Positions 27,169 through 33,700 of a stretch of DNA of 33,700 nucleotides are shown here, piece by piece; positions within the stretch are counted from its first letter, which is position 1, and each line of letters starts with the position of its first letter. A program made the position numbers and the translations under genes. Under the pieces are notes generated by a model that saw nothing but the letters and a program-made list of their open reading frames with translations, searched no databases and was not told the DNA's origin. Origin of the DNA: Desulfobacterales bacterium (GTDB lineage: Bacteria > Desulfobacterota > Desulfobulbia > Desulfobulbales > Desulfocapsaceae); assembly GCA_013042695.1 (NCBI GenBank), contig JABDPQ010000229.1:1-33700 (forward strand). The letters run 5' to 3'.

Positions 27169-27218
27169 CCCTTGCCAGGTCTGAAGCTTTTCCTGGCAGG
27201 GGATTCTCCTGCCAGGAA
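27169..27218 (+). promoter_or_regulatory. Two mutually exclusive hairpins in the binding-protein/permease spacer; the second covers the permease RBS
   Basis: Hairpin 1 pairs 27169..27179 with 27192..27202 (11 bp, one G-U, 12-nt loop). Hairpin 2 pairs 27190..27200 with 27208..27218 (11 bp, 7-nt loop). Both use the arm CCTGGCAGG (27192..27200). The 3-prime arm of hairpin 2 contains AGGAA (27214..27218), 7 nt before the ATG at 27226. Confidence 0.45.
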
Positions 27219-27225
27219 CGAACTT

Positions 27226-27915
27226 ATGCTTAATCTGCACGGATACGGAGCAAGTATTCTCGAAGGAACACTACTCACGCTTGAGGTCTCAATGGTGTCG
27301 CTGCTTTTTGCCATGACCCTCGGCATGATTGGTGCCCTTGCGAAACTTTCCAGCTACCCCCCACTGAAATTGATTGCACAGCTATATACAACCATTATCA
27401 GGGGAATTCCGGACCTGGTATTGATGCTGCTTATTTTCTTTGGAGGTCAGGTGTTTATCAACCGGGCCGGTGCCTTTATAGGCTATGATCAATATATCGA
27501 TATCAATCCTTTTATCGCTGGTATATTAACAATCGGATTCATTTTTGGCGCCTATATGACTGAGACATTCAGGGGGGCAATTCTTGCCGTCAGCAAAGGA
27601 CAGATCGAAGCTGGGCACGCATATGGCATGAGCAAAGCACTGGTGTTCCGTCGGGTTACTCTGCCGCAGATGGTGCGGCATGCAATTCCTGGTTTTGGCA
27701 ATAACTGGCTTGTCCTGGTTAAAACGACCGCCCTGGTTTCGATTATCGGCCTCGATGATATGGTGCGAAAGGCTGGTCTGGCAGCCGGTGCCACCAGAAA
27801 ACCATTCACATTCTACCTGGTGGTGGCGATAAATTATCTGCTCATCACCACAGTTTCAATTTATATCCTCAAATATCTTGAGCGCCGCTACAGTGTTGGT
27901 GTCAGGAGGGCATAG
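27226..27915 (+). CDS. Amino-acid ABC transporter permease (HisQ-like)
   Basis: A multi-pass membrane protein with the EAA-type loop (GQIEAGHAYGMSKALVFRRVTLPQ). I set the start at the ATG at 27226 with an AGGAA RBS. The ORF-track extension runs through the hairpin region. Confidence 0.85.
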   Translation: MLNLHGYGASILEGTLLTLEVSMVSLLFAMTLGMIGALAKLSSYPPLKLIAQLYTTIIRGIPDLVLMLLIFFGGQVFINRAGAFIGYDQYIDINPFIAGILTIGFIFGAYMTETFRGAILAVSKGQIEAGHAYGMSKALVFRRVTLPQMVRHAIPGFGNNWLVLVKTTALVSIIGLDDMVRKAGLAAGATRKPFTFYLVVAINYLLITTVSIYILKYLERRYSVGVRRA

Positions 27916-27917
27916 AT

Positions 27918-28637
27918 ATGGAACTATCAATCATCTGGGAAAATATCGATATCTATATTGAGGGCTTCAAGAACACGATCATTCTGGTCTCTATTTCGCT
28001 CGCTCTCGGGTTTTTACTTGCAGTGCCTTTGGCCGTACTTCGCACCTATGGAAACAGGTTTGTGCAAATTCCGATTCGGGCCTTTGTCTATTTCTTTCGA
28101 GGAACGCCTCTGCTCGTCCAAATGTTTCTCATCTATTATGGTTTCGGTCAGTTTGAGATGCTCAAAGAGAGTTTTCTCTGGCCCTTCTTCAAAGAGGCCT
28201 ATTTTTGTGCACTTTTTGCCTTCACGCTCAACACCGGCGCCTATACCACTGAGATCCTGCGTGGAGCGATAAAAGCGACATCTCATGGTGAAATCGAAGC
28301 AGCACTGGCCGCCGGCATGTCGCGTCTGTTAATGCTCAGAAGAATCATCCTGCCAAGTGCCTTTCGCCGAGCTCTGCCTGCTTATAGCAATGAAATTATA
28401 TTTATGCTGCATGGCAGTTCACTGGCAAGTGTTATCACTATTATCGATATCACTGGAGCTGCCCGCATTATCAACTCCAGATTCTACAGTCCTTACGAAG
28501 CGTTTTTAACTGCCGCAGTTTTTTATATGGCAATCACTTTTCTCATTATCTTTTTTGTCAAACGACTCGAGATACGCTGGTATGCTCATCTCGAACCGCA
28601 AGCCATCACAGAGAAGACTATTGACGTACGCCCATGA
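27918..28637 (+). CDS. Amino-acid ABC transporter permease (HisM-like)
   Basis: It has the EAA loop (GEIEAALAAGMSRLLMLRRIILPSA). An AGGAGGG RBS lies at 27904..27910. It starts 2 nt after the upstream stop. Confidence 0.88.
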   Translation: MELSIIWENIDIYIEGFKNTIILVSISLALGFLLAVPLAVLRTYGNRFVQIPIRAFVYFFRGTPLLVQMFLIYYGFGQFEMLKESFLWPFFKEAYFCALFAFTLNTGAYTTEILRGAIKATSHGEIEAALAAGMSRLLMLRRIILPSAFRRALPAYSNEIIFMLHGSSLASVITIIDITGAARIINSRFYSPYEAFLTAAVFYMAITFLIIFFVKRLEIRWYAHLEPQAITEKTIDVRP

Positions 28638-29770
28638 AGACCGAAGAGTTTAAACTTCTCCCACCTGCAAGCCCGGGAACAAGAAGATCACTCTCTGTTA
28701 TTCGCTATGGAATCCCGGACAGCAGTCCAAAAGTTTACATCCAAGCAGGTCTCCATGCCAATGAAGCACCTGGTTTTGTGGTTTTGAACAAGTTGATCGA
28801 AAAACTTGATGAAAGCGATGCCGAAAATCGAATCAATGGAGAAATAGTCGTCATACCCGTTGCAAATCCTATTGGTTTAGCCCAATGGCGTGATGGGTCC
28901 CTTGAGGGCCGTTTTGATTTTGTTAATTCGATAAATTTTAATCGACAACATCAGGATCTTGCCGAACGCATAGCCGAAGACATTGATACACAGCTTGAAG
29001 AGAACGCCATTGTAAATGTCTCTCACATTCGAGCCTCGACCGCCAAGATTCTTAAAAAAATTACACCTGATGACGAGGCAGGCTGTTTAAAGCATCAGCT
29101 TATATCCCTGTCTCATGATGCCGATATCGTACTCGACCTGCACTGCGATCTTGACGCGCTGATGCATGTCTATGTCGGCACTCCACTCTGGCCGGAAGCG
29201 ACAGATCTTTCTGCCCAACTCGGTGCAGAAGTAACACTGCTGGCTGCAGATTCCGGCGGGACACCCTTTGATGAAGCAAACAGCAGATTATGGTGGAATC
29301 TTGCCGAGAAATTTCCACAGGTGCCAATTCCATCGGCATGTTTATCTGCCACTGTTGAATTAAGAGGCTTCACTGATGTTGCCTATGACATGGCAGAAGA
29401 AGATGCAGCTAATCTCTACAAGTTTCTGCAGCGTAGAGGCTGCATTCATGGCGATCCGGGAGATCTTCCGCCACTGATCAACGAAGCAACCCCACTAACC
29501 GGCGTCGACTATATTAAAGCTCAAAAGCCTGGAATAGTTGTGTATTTAAAAAAACCGGGGGATTATATTAATAACGGTGAAGTAGTAGCTGAGATAATCA
29601 ACCCCTTGCCCGAAAATGAGGATGAGAGAGTGTACACCGTGAAGAGTTCAACAGAAGGGGTGCTTTTCAGCAGAAATGTTGACCGATTTGCACGGCCTGG
29701 ACGGATTATCGCCAAAGTCGCCGGGAAAAGACCATTGCGCGAACCTGGCGGCAACCTTCTGACACTTTAG
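28634..29770 (+). CDS. Succinylglutamate desuccinylase / aspartoacylase (AstE/AspA) family zinc deacylase
   Basis: It has the HxxE zinc motif in YIQAGLHANEAPG and the family layout. An ATGA start/stop overlap with the permease gene lies at 28634..28637. Confidence 0.8.
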   Translation: MKTEEFKLLPPASPGTRRSLSVIRYGIPDSSPKVYIQAGLHANEAPGFVVLNKLIEKLDESDAENRINGEIVVIPVANPIGLAQWRDGSLEGRFDFVNSINFNRQHQDLAERIAEDIDTQLEENAIVNVSHIRASTAKILKKITPDDEAGCLKHQLISLSHDADIVLDLHCDLDALMHVYVGTPLWPEATDLSAQLGAEVTLLAADSGGTPFDEANSRLWWNLAEKFPQVPIPSACLSATVELRGFTDVAYDMAEEDAANLYKFLQRRGCIHGDPGDLPPLINEATPLTGVDYIKAQKPGIVVYLKKPGDYINNGEVVAEIINPLPENEDERVYTVKSSTEGVLFSRNVDRFARPGRIIAKVAGKRPLREPGGNLLTL

Positions 29771-29817
29771 AACCAAAATCACTGATATCTTTTTAAAAGA
29801 GGATTCGAGTGTTATTT

Positions 29818-30744
29818 TCACTCAAGAAACAACTGATTCCACTCTTTTAATTGTGTCACTGTTACACCTACCCCACCGCACACAATGATGACAATATTCT
29901 GTCTGTCACTCAGCACATCAGCCTCATTGTAAACCACAGAGAGGCTGGCACCACAGGCGGGCTCAACCAATATTCTATGATCTTCAAGAAAACGGTTGCA
30001 ACCATCCAGCGCATCTTTATCAGATACGACGTAGTTATAGATCTGATGCTCATTGCGCAGCTCAAAGGCACGTTTTGCTACCTTTTTGGCACCAAGTGAT
30101 GTTGCAATACTGTCGATTCCATCTATGGCGATATGTTCATTTGCTCTACAAGCAGCAGAAAAGCAGTCAGCACCGACGGTCTCGACGGCAACGACGGGGA
30201 CATCATGCCATGTATGTCGTTTCAAGCCTTCAACGACACCGCATAAAAGTCCTCCCCCTCCCACAGACAAGACAATGACATCAGGCCGCACTCCTGTCTT
30301 ATAGATTTCATCTACCAAAGAGATATGGCCTTCCCAAATTGGTGGATCATCAAACGGATGTATGTATGCGGCCTTGTCCTGAGCAATTAACAATGCCCGC
30401 TGATGCGCTTCATCCCAATTCTTGCCGTGGACGATAACTTCTGCTCCTTCTCGTTTGATTAAGTCAATGGCCCTTTTCTTTGTCGTTTGCGGAACAACAA
30501 CGGTAACAGAAGTTCCCAACAACCGACCGGCATGAGCAACCGCTAAACCAGCATTCCCACCTGATGAAGAGACGAGTGAAGTCGCCCCATCCTCAAGATA
30601 CTTTTTACAGGCAAAGCCAATTCCTCTGGCTTTAAACGAACCGCATGGCTGCATTGCTTCAAGCTTCAGCCATACACGAGCATCTAAACCTGCACCCACT
30701 GACAGAGATTCAATCAATGGTGTGTTGCTATATAAATCATTCAT
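29818..30744 (-). CDS. PLP-dependent L-serine/L-threonine dehydratase (tryptophan-synthase-beta fold)
   Basis: It has the PLP lysine motif GSFKARG, SSGGNAG and the glycine loop SVGGGGL. GGAG RBS. Confidence 0.85.
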   Translation of the reverse strand: MNDLYSNTPLIESLSVGAGLDARVWLKLEAMQPCGSFKARGIGFACKKYLEDGATSLVSSSGGNAGLAVAHAGRLLGTSVTVVVPQTTKKRAIDLIKREGAEVIVHGKNWDEAHQRALLIAQDKAAYIHPFDDPPIWEGHISLVDEIYKTGVRPDVIVLSVGGGGLLCGVVEGLKRHTWHDVPVVAVETVGADCFSAACRANEHIAIDGIDSIATSLGAKKVAKRAFELRNEHQIYNYVVSDKDALDGCNRFLEDHRILVEPACGASLSVVYNEADVLSDRQNIVIIVCGGVGVTVTQLKEWNQLFLE

Positions 30745-30889
30745 CGCAACTCCAATGGTTTGATTACCACTTCAGATCAAAAAATATTTTCCAATAACCT
30801 ACTAACAAATAACAGAGAAGAATCTGGAAGACCATACCATTAAGTAGAATGTCAATAACCTGGCCATAACGATCACTTAAAAACAGAGA

Positions 30890-32176
30890 TCATGATGCGG
30901 ATAGCATCTCGTTGTCAGTACTTTTTGCTTCTTCATAATCAGTTTTGATAGTGAAATAAACTGTTATCAAGATGAATAGGGCCGAAAAACCAAAGAGTAA
31001 TTTATACGAGTCTTCCTGCATGAAATGCAGATAATCAAGCATCTTTCCGAAAACAAGTGGATAGCCTGCGGTTATCGGCAACGTAATAATCGGCGCCAGG
31101 GCGAAATATGAGGTGGCATCTGTTTTGTCGGCGAATTTCTTCACCGATGGCGGATAAACCATATTCCTGATCGCCCTGACAAAACCGAGCATATAGCTGA
31201 TCAGGAAAAAAGTGATATAGCTCGGGAAAAAGATGAGCATCATAAGAAGCATCAGTGTGACACATTTGGAGAGGATAAATTTTTGTTTCAAACCGAGGAG
31301 GTTCATCGCCCCAAGAAAAATGTTCACCGTGATTGAGCCGGCATAGATGCATGCAACGAACAGACCTGCGGCGATCGCATCTGCTACCTGATAGAAGCCG
31401 GTGGCATAATTGGCATAAAACGACAACACAGTAATAATGACATAAAAATCAAGATCGGCGATCAGAAAAATTAAAAATCGGCGATTCCTGGATATCTCAA
31501 CAAAAGAACTCCTGGTGTGGTGGAAAAATGAGAGATTCTCAACTGAAGGATCATCAGAATCGGCGATTTCCTTGGTAATAATAAAACATAACGACCCGAC
31601 AATAAAAACAAGACCTGTGCAGACAAATACCCAGGCTGATGAACTCAGCGAAAATGAATATCTATCCACTACCTTGAGAATAAATAAGCTCGAGACGACT
31701 TTGCCGATATTCTGGGCCAGCATCATATAGCCAAGTCCGGGAACTGTTTTTGACTCTGAGAAAATCCTCACAAGGTAATTCAACCAGACCGGAATTGTCA
31801 GCCCCATACATATTGAAAATATTGTGTAAGATGCAAAAAAGAGCAACAGGACATGTTCTGACTGCTTCATCACCAACAGAGTCAGTCCAAAAATCAGGAT
31901 GGAAAGTGCTGAAATCAGGTGAAGAAGAAGTACGAGTGTCTTTTTCAAGCGATAAAAGCTTGAAAGGTAACTCGAGAACAGCGGGAAACAAGATATACCA
32001 ACAACAAAGAGAGCAGGTACAAGACCGATGACAAAACTTGACGCACCGAGATTCTTCAGAAAAAGCTGAAGAAATGTCGATTCAAGGACAATCGGAAATC
32101 CCAATCCCCAGAAGAATTCAACGACAGATACACCAAAGACGTTTCTTTTGAAATAATTGTCCTTATAGCTATCCAT
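30890..32176 (-). CDS. MFS-type membrane transporter
   Basis: A 428-aa ORF with about 12 hydrophobic segments split by a central charged loop (ITKEIADSDDPSVENLSFFHHTRSS). The substrate is not predictable. Confidence 0.8.
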   Translation of the reverse strand: MDSYKDNYFKRNVFGVSVVEFFWGLGFPIVLESTFLQLFLKNLGASSFVIGLVPALFVVGISCFPLFSSYLSSFYRLKKTLVLLLHLISALSILIFGLTLLVMKQSEHVLLLFFASYTIFSICMGLTIPVWLNYLVRIFSESKTVPGLGYMMLAQNIGKVVSSLFILKVVDRYSFSLSSSAWVFVCTGLVFIVGSLCFIITKEIADSDDPSVENLSFFHHTRSSFVEISRNRRFLIFLIADLDFYVIITVLSFYANYATGFYQVADAIAAGLFVACIYAGSITVNIFLGAMNLLGLKQKFILSKCVTLMLLMMLIFFPSYITFFLISYMLGFVRAIRNMVYPPSVKKFADKTDATSYFALAPIITLPITAGYPLVFGKMLDYLHFMQEDSYKLLFGFSALFILITVYFTIKTDYEEAKSTDNEMLSAS

Positions 32177-32210
32177 TCATGATTCCGGCTGGAATATTAG
32201 CCTATTCACA

Positions 32211-32912
32211 TCACAGAGCGGAAAGAATTTTTCCTATTGCCTGCGTCAGGGCCTTGCTATGTATCTTTCCTGCAAAATGAACCGGACTTTTACCATGAAT
32301 CGGATCCCAACCGGCGGGGTCAGCAAAACAGTAGAATTGCGTATCGAGACCGATCTTGCGTGCAGCATCCTCAACGGATACTCCGACTAGGCGCTGAGCG
32401 GCTTCCCATGTCGCGCCGCACGGAGCTCCACGGATTACTCTGATGGCAACAATGTTACCATCTTTAACCTCAACCTCAAACTCGGGGGCGCCAAACCGGT
32501 TGCCGTATTCGCCAAGGCTAACCTGCCTTGGAAGGCCGCATCAGGTGGGCGGGGTCAGGGCCCATTTCGTCGTGGTCTTCTTGCCTGATGAAATAATAGG
32601 GATCCCTCTCCTGGCGCATAATTCTGCAAGATCCAACGACAGATCTTTGTGAGAGAGGAAATCAAGAACAAGATCAGACGCAAGATTGTCAGGTAGCAAT
32701 GCAGAGGTATCATCAAGGACGGGGGGCAAAGGAATATCAATAGATACGACTTCTAATGATATGATATCCTTGGCGTATTTCCGCACGCCGGCAATTTTTC
32801 TTTCACCGCTGCCATTTTGCTGAAACACGGTAACTTTCTGCAGCGCTATATGATTTTTCTCATGAGACATGGGCACACCACCATGCTTTTGGTTTATCTG
32901 TATGCGGCTCAT
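32211..32912 (-). CDS. Candidate selenoprotein, DUF166/COG1810-like, with in-frame UGA (Sec) at 32543..32541
   Basis: The ORF-track ORF 32541..32930 stops at TGA, but the same frame continues without a stop for 109 codons to the TGA at 32213..32211. The read-through gives ...KKTTTKWALTPPT-U-CGLPRQVSLGEYGNRFGAPEFEVEVKDGNIVAIRVIRGAPCGATWEAAQRLVG...DPAGWDPIHGKSPVHFAGKIHSKALTQAIGKILSAL. A SECIS-like hairpin lies 9 nt downstream. The start is uncertain: the ATG at 32912 is 8 nt after the upstream stop, and the ATG at 32870 (MSHEKNHIALQKVTVF) is the alternative. The 32930 start is a TTG that overlaps the upstream gene. Confidence 0.7.
32512..32531 (-). promoter_or_regulatory. SECIS-like stem-loop CCAAGGC-AGGUUA-GCCUUGG
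   Basis: A perfect 7-bp stem with a 6-nt apical loop containing GGU. The stem begins 9 nt after the UGA and the loop 16 nt after it. This fits the bacterial SECIS geometry as I remember it. Confidence 0.5.
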
Positions 32913-32919
32913 TGAGGAC

Positions 32920-33303
32920 TCAAATGTCAAGCCTCACCCAGCGCGTACAGTACCTGTACGCCGCTTCAAGCAGCTTTTTTTTCTTACTCTCAGCATGTAA
33001 AACGACCCCAAGCTCACCGAATTGACCGCGAAAAATCACCATGCCATCAAGAAAATCCTCTGAGTTACCGTCGTGTTCAATCTGACAAGGTCCTTCCAAC
33101 AAAGTAATGTCAAGCTCATCATCCTGGCCTTGAAAATATGCCATCTGAGCAAGCGCATGAAACTCATGCTTGTCATTGGCTCCTGACCGAATAGTAATTG
33201 CCTGAATATAACCTGGTTCACTGATAGCCCGATCAGGAACAATAATTATTGACACGCACGCTTGAATGGTTCTTCCTTCAGAAGCAATTTCTATTGCATC
33301 CAT
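32920..33303 (-). CDS. Hypothetical protein (127 aa)
   Basis: An ATG-initiated ORF packed tightly between the MetE-like gene (15-nt gap) and the selenoprotein candidate. I recognise no family. Confidence 0.5.
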   Translation of the reverse strand: MDAIEIASEGRTIQACVSIIIVPDRAISEPGYIQAITIRSGANDKHEFHALAQMAYFQGQDDELDITLLEGPCQIEHDGNSEDFLDGMVIFRGQFGELGVVLHAESKKKKLLEAAYRYCTRWVRLDI

Positions 33304-33318
33304 GAGAGCGTATTTCCG

Positions 33319-33700
33319 TCACATACACTTTGATCTGACAATTGCCGATACATCTCTGGTCAACTCAAGGACTCGCAATGCTTCCGCCTCGGATACGGTC
33401 CCGGTCCCGCAGCTCGGAGTTATCAACGTCTGTTCAAATATTGTTTTCGCCGATACGCCAAGTTTTTCAATTTGTGCTGACTGCTCAAACCATTTCTCGG
33501 CAAGGGCTTCAGCTGTTTCTGAGGCAATAAATTCAGGGGCAGTGGGAACAATACCTGAGGCGATAATTCCTGCACGCTTAAAAAAAGATACCAGGTGCTG
33601 CGGATAGAGGATCAACTTGTCGAAATAGCTGTATGCATCAAAGCTGATGATATCAACGGGTGATTCGAAAAGTATCGACCACTCGGTGTTGGCACAGACG
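33319..33700 (-). CDS. Cobalamin-independent methionine synthase catalytic-domain (MetE-like) protein, C-terminal part (the gene starts beyond the right edge)
   Basis: The frame is open from the window edge: VCANTEWSILFESPVDIISFDAYSYFDKLILYPQHL...GIVPT...LITPSCGTGT...RSKCM*. The (H)xC...and P.CG.. blocks correspond to the MetE-family zinc-ligand motifs (HMCYS / PDCGLKT in E. coli MetE, from memory). Confidence 0.7.
   Translation of the reverse strand, partial: VCANTEWSILFESPVDIISFDAYSYFDKLILYPQHLVSFFKRAGIIASGIVPTAPEFIASETAEALAEKWFEQSAQIEKLGVSAKTIFEQTLITPSCGTGTVSEAEALRVLELTRDVSAIVRSKCM

Noticed and set aside
32880-32922. Read-through of the TGA that ends the 127-aa gene (32920..32922).
   Set aside because: The continuation (VLNEPHTDKPKAWWCAHVS) hits another stop after 19 codons and is simply the out-of-frame start region of the next gene.
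1-33700. Mobile elements, CRISPR arrays, tRNA/rRNA genes and defence-system genes.
   Set aside because: I saw no transposase, integrase or recombinase-like ORFs, no regularly spaced direct repeats, no T-loop/acceptor-like tRNA signatures, and no nuclease, helicase or methylase gene sets. Reading by eye cannot exclude small or degenerate elements.

Overview
The window holds about 36 protein-coding genes, densely packed on both strands, plus two gene remnants. I found no rRNA, tRNA, CRISPR array or transposase by eye. The gene content looks like an anaerobic, sulfate-reducer-like (Desulfobacterota-type) chromosome, but that taxonomic guess is inference only. Two themes dominate.

(1) C1, corrinoid and CO metabolism:
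- a MetF-like methylenetetrahydrofolate reductase
- an AcsE/MeTr-like methyl-THF:corrinoid methyltransferase with a B12-binding corrinoid protein
- a monofunctional Ni-CODH (cooS)
- two DUF3786 paralogues
- a short MetE-like gene at the right edge

(2) Amino-acid catabolism and uptake:
- tdh-kbl
- a class-III aminotransferase and a 3-hydroxyisobutyrate-dehydrogenase-like reductase
- a glutamate-dehydrogenase-family enzyme fused to a CBS pair
- a PLP serine/threonine dehydratase
- a polar amino-acid ABC transporter operon ending in an AstE/AspA-family deacylase

Housekeeping genes are also present: panB, ychF, gltA and ferredoxin-rubrerythrin.

The strongest finding is a gene the ORF track cannot show. 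The 129-aa minus-strand ORF at 32541..32930 ends at an in-frame TGA. The same frame then stays open for 109 more codons to 32211. The read-through gives a ...TPPT-U-CGL... motif, and a SECIS-like hairpin starts 9 nt after the TGA. I read this as a selenocysteine-containing DUF166-like protein. It sits in a tight four-gene cluster: MetE-like, 127-aa unknown, selenoprotein, MFS transporter.

Other points worth a second look:
- cooS is followed by three uncharacterised genes instead of cooC/cooF.
- The corrinoid protein/MeTr pair has only a 51-codon remnant of its substrate methyltransferase.
- A 421-aa protein has no motif I can recognise.
- Two mutually exclusive hairpins lie in the binding-protein/permease spacer, and one occludes the permease RBS.
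- An unusually long (about 1 kb) AT-rich non-coding region is present.
- Several operator-like dyads occur in intergenic regions.

All family assignments come from reading motifs by eye. None were checked against a database.
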